From: Verrucomicrobiia bacterium
GTDB lineage: Bacteria > Omnitrophota > Omnitrophia > Omnitrophales > Aquincolibacteriaceae
NCBI GenBank assembly: GCA_035495615.1
Contig: DATJFP010000088.1
Coordinates: forward strand, 41,763 to 105,762
Direction of reading: 5' to 3'
Length of the DNA stretch: 64,000 nucleotides
Program-made: the position numbers and the translations under genes
The notes under the pieces: model-generated
The model's database searches: none
Told to the model about the DNA's origin: nothing
Seen by the model: only the letters and a program-made list of their open reading frames with translations
Part shown: one piece after another, positions 36,301-48,300 of the stretch
Layout of the letters: every line of letters begins with the position of its first letter
Numbering within the stretch: position 1 is the stretch's first letter

Positions 36301-39300
36301 GCGAAACCTCCGATGCGCTGACGCTGCCGTTCTTCGGGCAGCCGCGCCACGGCCGCATCGACGTCCGCTTCCGTGCTCTGTTCGTTGGCGGCGAGCGCGT
36401 TCATGGCCGCCTGCGCGTCCCGGATCAGTCTCGAATCTTCTTCTTCACGTTCCCGCAGGAAATCGCGGCGCGCCAAAGCCGCTTGCCGCAATCCTTCAAC
36501 TTCGGGCGATTTGGCGTTCTTCAGCCGGTCTTCCTGGGCGCGGATGTCGTTGACGTCTTCCGCGGCGGCGATTCGTTCCCGGATGTTCTGCACCACGGCA
36601 ACGCGCTTGGCCTCGATCTGCGGCCTCGCTCCTGTTTTCAAATCCTCATAAGGTACGGCTTCTGCCCGCTCGGCATAAGATTCGATGACTCCGAGCGGCA
36701 CGCCGTCTACGCCAAAGCCCGTCACGTCGCCGACCAGCCGTTCCATTGTTCGCTGGTAGTAATCGTAAATCTGGGCTTCCATCTGAGTCCGCTTGGCCTC
36801 GAGCCGCGGGAACACGAAAAGAAGGAGCGCGTGAAGGCTGGGGGTCGATTCGGTTTGAGCCAGGAGGTTCTTTTTCGCGCGCGCGTAGGCGGTTTGTTCC
36901 GCCGCGGCTCCGGCCTCCTGGTATTCTTTCAGCGCGCGGACGAATTCGTAGGAACTCTTCTGGTCCAGGGGCGGCATTTCCGTGGAAGTCAGCATGGCCG
37001 CGGCTTCGGGCACGATCTGGTCCGGCTTGTCGAGCTGTGCCGCCATGGCCGAGATGAGCCGCGATTCGTACTCGGCGAGGGCGGCTTCAGTCGTGCTGAG
37101 GCGGGCGCCGATGCGCGATTGAAGTTCCGAGACAAGAGGCGCGGGACTGTCGGCCGTTCCGGCAAGCGCCGCGGCTTCCTGGCCCAGGCCCTGGAGGCTC
37201 TGGTAATTTTCGTGCGGATCGCCGCGGGTCTGCTCGAGACGCTGGGCAATGTCGCGGAACTTGATCGTGTTATCGACCTGCGGCGTACGAACTTCGCCGG
37301 GCAGCACTTCGAAAAAGGCAATGACCGCCAGGATGGCGTCGAAATTCGCGGCCACATCCCCCATGTGGGGCTGCAGCGCGCCTTGCAGGAGGGTTTGTCC
37401 GCGCGCGGCAATGATGCCCGGAATCTGGGGCCTGTCCGCTTCGGAGGCCGCGCCGCGCTGCGCGTACGTGTCTACCAGGATCTGCGGGCTCATGGCCTGC
37501 GCCGTCGTGGTCTGGATCAGTTGAAACGCCCGGGCCAGCTTCAGGACGTTCAGGGCGTCGTTATTTTCAGGAGAAAATTTCGTGGTGTCCCACGTGATGG
37601 CGGCCAGACGCTCGAAGGAGTCCGCGCGGTTGATTTGCTTGGCCAGCCGGCCGAAGCGGGATTTTTCCGTGCCGCGCCATTTGATCACTCCCCAAATGGC
37701 TCCGGCTCCGGCCGCGAGACCCGCTGCGATTAAAGCGGGCCCGGTAAGATTGGGCGCGTTGACCGTGACGCCTCCTGCTTGTTCCGCCAAATACTGATAA
37801 AGTTCGTAAACGCCGTAAACCGCCACGCCGGCGCCGGTGAGAACTCCCAGGCCGAGCAGAATGCGGTTTCTCCAGACGCGGGCCGTCTCTTCCCGTCTTT
37901 CCAGTTCGGTCTTTCTCGCGCGCGCGCCGTCCTGCTCCGCCGCGGGCAGATCATTGATCACAGCTTCGGTAATATCGGCCGACCGCCGGGCTGCTGCGAC
38001 GGCTGCGCGCGCATCCTCGATCTTCTTGAGAGCGTCGCGCTTTTCCCGGGCCTGGTCCCGCTCGCCGTCGTTTTCGAGATCCGCGAGCACCGCGTCGGTA
38101 ATCTGCGCCGACTGCGTGGCCGTGGCGACCGTACTTCTCGCGGCTGCAAGGCGCGCCGCCTGGATCGCCGTCCTCTTGCCTTCCGCGACTCCGGCGAGCC
38201 TCGCCGCTTCCGTCGTCTGAGCTCCTTCCAGACGCGCCGTCTGCGCGGCCACCTCTTCGATCGTGCTGGCGTCGGTCAATGCCGTCAACTTGCCTTCGAT
38301 GTCCGCCACGATTTGCGTGACTTTGCCGCGGATTTCATCTTCCACCGCCCCGCGAGCGGCCCCGTCTTTGATGCCGGCCGCCAGAGGCAGAAGAGCTTCG
38401 GCGTCGCTTATTTTCGCGGCAGCGGCATCGATCTGTCCGAGCTGTGTCCGGATATCGCGCGCTTTATCCTCGTCACCCCGCAGCCGGTCGCGAATCTGTT
38501 CCACGGCGGCATCCGCCTGGTCTTTCACCTGGATGCGGAGACGTTCCTCCAGACCGTTCACAATGGCGGCGAGCTGATCTTCCGTGGCCGTTTCCAAATC
38601 CAGGGCTCCGATCGCGCGCTTGGCCTCAGCGACCGCGCGGCCGTCCGCTTCGATTCTCGCCTCGATGGCTGCGCGTTTGGCTTCCGCCAATTCCCGCAGC
38701 CGCGCTGCTTCGGGAGTCTTGGCATCTTCGAGGCGTGCGGTCTGCGTCACCACCGATTCGGGAGTGTTGAGTTCGGTGAGGGCATTCAATTTGCTTTCGA
38801 TGTCGGCGACGATCTGCCCGACTTTGCCGTTGATCTGGCTTTCGACACTGCCGCGAAGCGTCGCGTTCTGGATCTGCGCGGCGCGCGTCAGCAGGGCTTC
38901 CGCGTTTTCGATCGTGGCGCTTTCAGGCTGAACCTGCCCGAGATCCGAAAGGATGGCGCCGGCTTTTTCGTTGTCGCTGCGGCCGCGCTCGCGGATCGCG
39001 GCAATCTTGGCATCCGCTTCGTCGCGCACATGATCACGCAGGCGGGCCGGCAGCCCGCTGCGAATGGCTTCAACGGCGTCTTCCGCCGCCGTGTTCACAT
39101 CAATGTCGTCGATCTGGCGCTTGGCTTCGACTATAGCCCGGGCATCGGCCCCGAGCCTGTCGCTGATCGCCTGTTTTTTCTGTCCCGCCAGATCGCGCAG
39201 GCGTCCGGCATCGGCAGCGGCGGCGCCTTCGAGCCGCGCAGCCTGGGCATCCGGGTCAGCCAGCGCATTCAGTTCCGTCATGGCGTTCAACTTGCCTTCG

Positions 39301-42300
39301 ATGTCCGCGACAATCGCGGTAACGCGGGCGTTGATTTCGCCCTCGATCGCGCTCCTCAAGGTTTCTCCCTTGATCTGTTTCGCCCGCGGCAACAAGGCTT
39401 CGGCGGCGTGCACGTTGGCATCGCCCGGAAGGAGGGCCGCAAGATCGCCGCGGATCGCTACTGCTTTTTCATCGTCGCTTCTCAAACGTTCGCGGATGGC
39501 CGAGAGCGCCGCCGCGACATCTTCCGCAATCTGGTCACGCACGCGTTCGGGCACGCGCGTCTCGATGGCTTGGACCTGGGCAGGCGTCGCGGTTTCGGGA
39601 TCGAGCTGGCCGAGGTCCTGTTTGGCCGCCGTGACGGCTTCGCGGTCCGCGGCGATGCGCCTCGTGATGGCGTCCATCTTGCCGCGCGCCAGATCGCGAA
39701 GGCCTGCGGCTTCCGAGGTAAGCGCGTCTTCGAGGCGCTGGACCTGCGTGTCGACTTCGGCCGCCGCGCTCAACTCGGTCAAGGCTTCCAGTTTTCCGCG
39801 GATGTTTTGGACGATCCCGCCCACTTTCGCGTTGATTTCATCCCGCACGGTTTCTCTCAGAGCGGGGTTCTTGATGTCCGCGGTCTCCGTCAAAAGGGCT
39901 TCGGCTTCTTTGACAGCGGCCGTTTCAACCGGCAGCAGTCCAAGCCGCTCACGAATGCTTTGCGCTTTTTGTCCGTCGGTTTCGATGCGCTGGCGGATCG
40001 CAAGCAGGGCCGCCTGCGCTTCGGTGCTCACCTGGCCGCGCAGACGTTCAGCAAGACCGTTCACGACGGCTTCGACATCGGTGGCCGCGGCTTCATTTAT
40101 ATTAAGGCTCGTGATCGCCTGCTTCGCCTGGCTTACGGCGAGCTCGTCCGCCCGGATCCTTCTCTCGATGGCGGCCGATTTTTCTTCCGCAAGCGTGCGC
40201 AGCCGGCCCGCTTCGGACGTGGCCGCGTCTTCCAGCCTCGGCGTAATCGCCGTCACGCTGGCGGGCTCGTTCTGGTCCGTCACGGCATTCAATTTCCCTT
40301 CGATGTCCGCAACGATCGCTTTGACTTTCTGATTGATCTCGCCTTCGACCGCGGAGCGCAGCGTTCCGTCTTTGATCTGCCCGGCGCGGGTCAGCAGCGC
40401 TTCCGCGTCTTTGATCGCCGCCGTATTGGCAATCGCTCCGAGGTCACCCCGGATGGCCGCCGCCTTTTCGGTATCGCCCTGCGTGCGTTCGCGAATCGTG
40501 GCGGCCGCGGCATCCGCTTCGGCCTTGACCTGATCACGCACCCGTTCGGGCACGCGATTGCGAAGGGCTTCTACGTCGTCCACCGCGGCCGTGTCCAGAT
40601 TGAGCGCCGCGATCGCCTGCTTGGCTTCGCGCACGGCGCGTTCGTCCGCGTCGATCCGGTTTTGAATGGCCCTGGATTTCTGCTCCGCCAACTCCCGCAG
40701 CCGGGCCGCTTCCGGCGTCACCGCGCCTTCAAGCCGCGACGTCTGGGCCGTCACTTCTTGGGCCGTGCTGAGTTCCGTCAAGGGCGTCAGCTTCGTTTCG
40801 ATGTCCGCGGCGATCTGGCCGGTCTTGGCATTGATCTCGCCTTCCACGGCCGGACGCAGCACCGCATCTTTGATCTGCGCCGCGCGGGGAAGCAGCGCTT
40901 CCGAATCCGTGAGCTTGGCCGTCGCGGCGGCGATACCCTGCAGGTCCGAACGAATCGCCGCGGCTTTTTCTCCGTCGCCCCGCGTGCGGTCGCGGATCGT
41001 GGCAATGGCCGCGTCCGCTTCGGTCTTCACCTGCTCGCGCACCCGCTGGGGCACCCCATTGCGGAGGGCTTCCACTTCGTCCACCGTGGCCGTGTCCAGA
41101 TTGAGCGCCGCGATCGCCTGCCTGGCGCCGCTCACTGCGAGCGTGTCGGATTCGCCGCGGCCGGAGATGGCCTGAGACTTTTGGCCTGCCAGCTCCCGCA
41201 GCCGGGCCGCTTCCGGCGTCACCGCGCCTTCGAGCCGCGCCGTCTGGGCCGTCACCTGGTCGGCCGTGCTTTCGTCCGTCAAGGCGTTCAACTTTCCTTC
41301 GATGTCCGCGACGATCCGCGTCACGACCGCGTTGATTTCGCCTTCCACGGTCGTCCGCGCGGTCTGGTCCTGAATCTTTGCGGCGCGCTCGAGCAGCGCT
41401 TCCGCGTCTTTGATGTTCGCGGCCGCCGGCACGATCCGTCCGAGATCCGCGGCAAGGGGCCCGCGAAGCGCCGTGTCTTCTTCGCCCCGCTTTAAGTCAT
41501 CCCGCCGCCGTTGAGCCCCTGCCAAAATCACGTCGTAGGCGCTTCTTTCATCCCCGGCGAACGTCACCCCCGTCACAAGCCGTTCCGCTTCATCAAGTTT
41601 CTGCTGCGCCTCGGCCGCTGTGTCCGCAGCCTGGGCTGCGGCAAGCAATCCGACCAGCGAAACAACATTGCCTCGGCGCGTTACCTGCTCTTGTTCGGCT
41701 CGCTTCAAGTCGCGCTGCTTTACGCGCAGGGCTTCGAGGGCTTCGGTATAACGGGCTTCTTCCTGGCCGGCAAATGTGACCTGGCTGCGCAGTGCCGTGA
41801 CGGTCGCGATCGTGGCTTCCGCCTGCGTCGACGAGGTCGGCTCCACGGCCAAAAGAGCCATCAGGTGCCGGACTTTTCCCGAACGTTCGGCTTCCGCATC
41901 TTCGTCCGTCTTGAGACGCTGCGCGGCTTCGCGTGCAAGCCCGAGCGCATCGGTGTACTGCCGCTGTTCATTCCCCTGAAATTGGACGCGGCCTGCAAGG
42001 TCTTCGGCTTCTCGGATCATTTCCTCGGCTTCGGATGCCGTTGCGGCGCGCTGCGCGCCTGTCAGCAGGCTCTGGATGCGGCGCACCGAGGCTTCGCGGT
42101 CCGCGACAAGTGCCCGATGCTCGGCGATGAGTCCGGCCAGCGCGCGCGTGCGAGTGCTTTCAGCGGCGCCTTCCAGCCTTTTTTCCTGGAGGTCGAGGAC
42201 GCCTGTGTCATAAGTGCTCGTGACCTGGGTCCGGATATTGGATTCGATGGCAAGCGCGGTTTGTTCGACTTCCCCTTCGAGCGTCGTGCGCAGGCCTTGA

Positions 42301-45300
42301 TTGCGGACGCGCGCCACGTCCTTCAGCACGGCTTCCGCTTCCGCCAGCGTGGCCGTCGCCGCTTTCACATTCAAATTCGCGAGCGCGTCACGTACGGTCC
42401 TGGCCAGGGTTTCTTCCTGCGCCACGGCTTCCTGGATGGCTTTCTTTTTCTGTCCCGCCAGCGCCTGGAGCCACGGCTGGGCCGCGGGATTGAAACGCCT
42501 TTCCTGCGCCTCGACCGCGCTGACGGCCGCGGTTTCGTCCATCGCGGTCAGCGTTTCCTGGATGTTGTCAATGAGGCTGCCGATCACGCGGCCGACTTCG
42601 CCCTGCCACGCCTGACGCACGCCTTTGTTCTGGATCTGATTGACCCGCTGATAAAGCATTTCCGCGTCGCTGATCTGGGCAGTCGTAAGGTCGAGGCCCT
42701 CGATCGCTTCCATCACGCCTACGGCAATCTCATCGTCTTTGCGGATCCTGTCGCGGATGGCCTGGCGCACGGTCTCGGCTTCTGCGGCAATGCGCGTCTG
42801 GAGAGGTTCCCGCAAAGTCGCGGCCACGGCGTTCACGTCTTCTTCCTTCGCGGTCTTCGGATCGATCTTGCTCAGTTTCCCCAGAACGTCCTGCACGCTC
42901 GCCGCGTCTTCAGTTTCCTGCAGGGCCATGAGATCCAGCACTTCCACGACCTGTTTGTCCCCGCGCACGGCGTCTTGGAGCCGCAGCGGAAGCGCAGTGA
43001 TCGCGGCTTCCACGTCCTGGGAGGCCGCTTGCCCGATCACCATGCTCGTGATGGCGGCGATCGTCTGCGTTTTCATCGCTTCGTCTTTCTGCTCACGGGC
43101 CGTGATCGCGCGGGTCATCTCCTCCACCTTGCTGCTCAGCCTTTTGAGGACGTCTTCCGGAAGGCGGAGGGCCATATCTTCGGGAAGACGGAACATGACG
43201 GCGTTGACCTGAGGCACGGTAGAGGTCTCGACCGGAAGAGCGCCGATCTCGGCAACCAATCCGTCGATAAAGGCGGAGTCGCTCGCCGCCTGGAAACGAT
43301 CATGGACCGCCTTGACGCCGGCCGTGAGATCCGTGCGCAGATTTCCGCGGTAGCCGCGGGTCCGTTCGCTCTGAGCGGCAAGCTCGTCTTCATTTTTGAC
43401 TCCGGCCAGACGCTCGACGACGTTCTGCGCCACCTTCTCCTGCTGCGCGGCCGCGGCCTGTTCGATCTGGTCCCGGTAAGCGCGGCCAGGCGCAAATCCC
43501 AGCAGCCGCAGCCCCTGTTGGACAAAAGCCGAGACGTCGCGCACCGACACCTCGCGCGCGTCGATTTCCCCGATTTGCCGGACAAGGTCTTCCACGGCAC
43601 TATCCATTCTCTGCCGGCTCCGCTGTTCGCGGCTTTCGGCAAGGTCACGCTGTCTTTTCTGTTCACGGGCCTGACGCGCCTGGTCGACCGGCACGGCTTC
43701 GAGTTGTTCGACCGCGGTTTCGCGGGCCTGTTCTTCCGGCTGTGGCACGGGCTTGGGCTGTTCTTCGGCCACTTCGGCCGCGGGAACTGACTGGACCACG
43801 AGCGAATACAGATGCGCAATGTCTTTGTATTCCTGGAGGACGAGCTTGATGACTTCCGTACGCGTCTGCACGGCCATCTCGAAAAGCGCCTGCTTTCTGC
43901 CTTGCGCGGTTTCATCCGCATCGGTCGTCGACTGCTGTTTCAGCGCCTCGAAAAGCGCGCGGATGAGCGCCGGGAGCTGGGCGAGTTTTTCCTGGACGGC
44001 CAGAAGCTGGCGCGCGGTCTGTTCGCTGGACAATTCTTCTTCGCTGGCAAGGCGTAAGGTTTCCAGGGTGTCGCGAAGGCTGTGGAGTCCCTGCACGAAG
44101 TTCGCGCCGTCCTGATAGCCTTCGCTCAGCTTCGAATAAATATCGCGGTAGGCCACACCGATGGCCTGGACCGCGTTGTCTTGGGCCGCCCGCAATTTCT
44201 CATCCAGGCTTCCGAGCGCTTCATCGAGCTGCTGGATGCGTTCGGTGAAACGCACGCGCAGCGCCTCGGCCCGGGTCTGGATTTCAGTGCCTTCATAATA
44301 AGATTCCCGTGACAAGGCAGCCAGCTGCTCCATGACCACGTCCCGAAGCCGCCACAGGGTGTACTGTTCGTTTTCGATGACCCCGGCCGCTTCACGCACC
44401 AGCGGGAATTGCCCCGCGGGCTGCTGCAGCTGGGCCTCAAGCTCTGATATATAGGAAGCGGTGTGCCCGAGCTCCTGGTCCGTTTCGCGTTCGATTGTGT
44501 TCAAACGGCGCGTCAGCACGCCCATGTTATATTCCGCGATTTGCCGGATCTTCTCGTCCGCGGCGGCGCGGACGCGGTCTTTGAGATTCGCGGGTAGGAG
44601 ATCGACCAGCCGGTTGACTTCCGCGGGCGTGCCGACCGGAACCGAGACTTTCGTCTCGATGGCGGCCGTGACTTTTTGCACCTGCAGGTCGTCGAGCTTG
44701 CCCAGGGAAGCGGCGCCGCGCGCAATAACCGCGGCAAGCGCCTGCCTTCTGGATTTCAAAAATTCAATTTCGCTTCGCACGCCGGGATCCACGGCGTCCG
44801 GATTTTTTCCGAAGGCATCTACCTTCGCGTCGAACTGCGCGAGCGTCCTATCCGCTTCCTCCCGGATTTTCCCGATCTGGAGCCGGATCGTGTCGAAGAT
44901 GCTAGTCGTTTCTTCGGTGAGGTTCGGGACGTTCATGAGGCTTTCGGCGACTTCGAGGCTGCGGATCAGCCTCGTCTCTTCCGTTTCGTAGAAAGCGCGG
45001 GCTGCGGTGACTTCGCCCTTCAAGGCCAAAACGCGTTTTTCCGTGAGTTGGATTTTACGCGTCAGTTCCCGGATCCCGGCCTGGGCGTCTTCGGTCACCC
45101 TCTTCAGGGAATCGTCGAGCTCGCGGAGAAGGTCTTCGGGTTCTTCCGTCGTCCTCAATTCCGCGCGCAGGCCGACAGCAAGCTGGGGCATCTGGCGGGC
45201 ATTCCCATTCAAGCTTGCGAGAAGCTGGCTGCGTCCTTCGCTTCCGAGACCCGCAAAATAGGCATCGGGCCGGCCGAGCAGTTCGCCGATCAGGGCCAGG

Positions 45301-48300
45301 ATTTTTCGGACCGCTCCCGCCGACGGAGTCTGCTTGAGTCCCGCCAGCGTCTGTCCCGCTTCCGCGATCGCTTTCTTGGCATCGACCGCCGCGGGCTGCT
45401 GCACGGGTTGGCGGGCCCGCTCGAGCGCACGCGCGATGCCGGGAAGATCGCGGATTTCAGGAGGCAGGGCTTCGAGAGTCTTGGCAATTTCGGCGACTGG
45501 TTCCGGGACCATCTCCGGATCGAGCTCGGGCGTCAGCGAAACATCGAGGGCATGCTGGATATTATTGTAGAGCAGATTCCCTTCTGTCCCCGTGGCCTTG
45601 TCTTCGTAAGAGAGCTTCTTAATAATGTAGTCGCGCAGGTCCGCCATTGCGAGAGCGATCGTGCCGGCCTGAATCTGGCGCGCGGCAAACAGAATCGCGT
45701 GATGGTCATACGTAATGCCCGTCGTATCCGAAACCTTGGGCATGTTCGCGGCGCGGTCTTCTTTCCAAAGGTCCTCATTGCTCATGGCCGCTTCCGGGAA
45801 GGCCTTGTTATGCTGGCGCAGCGATGCTTCCTCAAGCAAATCCAGGACGGCGTTCCGCTGCTGGCCGCCGAGCGCGTTCCAAGCCGCTTCGTCCGACCGG
45901 CGGATCAATTCGATCTGGTCGCGCAGCGCCTGCTGCAACTGCCCGGCCGCCTCTTCCCGCTGGATTTGGGAAGTCCACGCCTGCGGCAATTTATCGAGGA
46001 TCCAACGCTGTACCTGGACCGAATAATCCGTGACTTTCTTTTCCGTGGCCGTGCGCGGAACGGTGAGGCTCATCGGGTCTCCCGGCTGGACTTGCAGCCG
46101 GTCCAGATGCATCAGGAAATGAATGAGCGCGTTCTTTTCCTGCTTCGTCCACGACGTAAGCTCGGAGTTCCACCGCTGAAGCCCCATGAACCGGTTTCTC
46201 GAGAGATCGTAGCGGCGCTTTTCGATTTCCGGACGCGGGCGCTCCACAGCGCCTTCCTGGAACCGCAATTCGCCTTTCAACGCGGCCTGGCCGAGGTCGG
46301 TAACGACGACGCTGATCTGGCCGGGCTGCACCTTGCCGAGCGCTTCCGTGACGGCCGGATCCCTGACCAAGTGCGCATCCACGGGCCCGGAATAATAGTT
46401 GCTGTCGCCGAGCTCCAGCCGGTTCAAACGGTCGGGCTGTTTGAAAAGCCCGCGGGCTTCCGAATCCTGGCTGCGAAGCACCTTCGCAAAAAGGCGCAGC
46501 GCCTGTGTCTTGTCTTCGCCCGTCTGCCACAAAAACTGGTTCGGACCTTTCCGCTCCAGCACGCCGCCGAAACGGTTGACGATCGCGAGGAGACCCTGCT
46601 GGTATTCCGCAGGAATTTCCGCGGCGATTTTCTTACGCATTTCCTCGAGCGCCTGCTCAGGAGTATTGCTTTCGAAGATGCTTTCGACGATCGTCAGGGT
46701 CATGAGGAAAAAGGCGTGCGCGTATTCAGGATCGCGGGCGATGAAATCGGCGGCTTCCTGGCGGAGACCCAGGCTCGCCGCATTCAGAAATTCGCGCGCC
46801 TTGGGCGATTTTTCGATGACCATGTGCCAGGCCGCGAGCTGGAAGCGCGGGTCGCTCAGGCTTTGCTGCTGGGGCGGGAGGAAAGTCTCCACCAGCCGCG
46901 TTTCGAGCGGCATCGGCTTCTGGCTGAGGGCGTCCACGTAAAGCTGCGTTTCCTTGGTGTCGTCGATCTGGCCGTGGATCCGCGGCGCGATCACAAGGAA
47001 AGAATAATCGTTTTCCTTGAGATAGGCCTCGATGCCGGGCGTATGGAAACCACCGGTAATGATCGCCATGATCTGCTGCTTCCCGGATTCCATTTCCCCG
47101 ACCGCTCTCTCGATCAGGATCTTGTCGCGTTTGAGAGCTGCGGAATAATAACGCTCCACGCGGCCAAGATCCTGATCAAGGATCTCCAAAAGGGACGGCA
47201 ATCCATTGGAGAACTGATGTTGCTTTAAGAGCGGTACGAGGAAATTACGGAATGTCTCTGCCTTGAATTCGTCGCGGTATGTGTAGAAAAAGTCTGCGTC
47301 CTGCTTGGTCAGGGTGAAATTGAACATCTTCTGGTAAATCTCGAAAATGCGGAACAGCCGGTCCAGCTGCACTTCCTCTTCGTTGCGGAACAGCTTGTTC
47401 TTGATGTCCCGCTCGAGCGCCTCGATCTCGCTGAAGATCGCGACGTCGATCGAATCGTAGAGCCTCATATATTTAAGGTAGCGCAGGACCTCGTCGTACT
47501 TCTGGGCCAGCTCTTCCTGCCCGGCCCCCTGCGTCGACTGCATGTTCTGGATTTCGACCTGGAGATAGCCGTAATAGTCCGCGCGCTTCATCTTCTTCAT
47601 GCGGAACTGGACCGTGTTGGTCAGAAACTCGGAGAGTTTTTCACGCGTGAGGACGTTTTTCAGGTCGTTGATCAGGTCTTCGATGCTTTTTTCGGCTTTG
47701 TCGAAATCGATTTCTTTTTCGAGATCGATGAGCGAGAGAAGCGAGTGCATGCCCGGATAATCGTAAAGGGCGATGTTTTCTTTGCGGGCCGTTTCCACGA
47801 GATGGCGGACGTAACTCACGAGTTCGTTGCCGCCGGACTGGAAGGCCTGCCGGTAATGCAGCATGTCCCGCAGATCATCGGAGAAAACGAACCGGGAAAC
47901 ATCGTCCATCAGCTTTCCGAGGTCCGCCAGAACTTTTTCGTCTCGGTCTTTGTATTGCAGGGCGTCGAGATAAGCGCGCCTGTTTTCTTCATAGATCTGG
48001 CGGTCTTCCACGCCGTACAGGTTCAGTTCCGGCCGGTCGACGATCGCGAGGTATTCGGGCCCCGTCAAACGGGCTTCTTTCAAAAAGTAATCCGCGACAT
48101 TTTTGCGGGCTTCTTTGTTCGGAAAAAACGAAAAGAGTTCGGTGAAGAGTTCGCCCTCGGCGCCTTCCAGGTTGATCAGTTTAAGACCGTAATTTTTGGC
48201 GAAATAATCAAGGATGCCCGCGATGTTGCGCTGGGCCTCTTCATTTGCATGAGCGTCCTGGATGTGGATGACGATGCGGTCGCGGGAACCCTGGAAGTTT

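Noticed and set aside
38140-41470. The possibility that the periodic 501-bp repeats are a CRISPR array or satellite.
   Set aside because: The units are 501 bp, in frame, contiguous without spacers, and encode a conserved protein module. No short repeat-spacer architecture or cas genes occur anywhere in the window.
1477-46530. Other minus- and plus-strand ORFs inside 1-48530, such as 19108-20745 (545 aa), 23410-24504 (364 aa), 10873-11802 (309 aa), 14890-15798 (302 aa) and 16528-17379 (283 aa).
   Set aside because: They are out of frame with the giant ORF, with first bases congruent to 0 or 1 mod 3. Their translations are Arg/Pro/Gly-rich and typical of off-frame reading of GC-rich coding DNA, with no recognisable domains.
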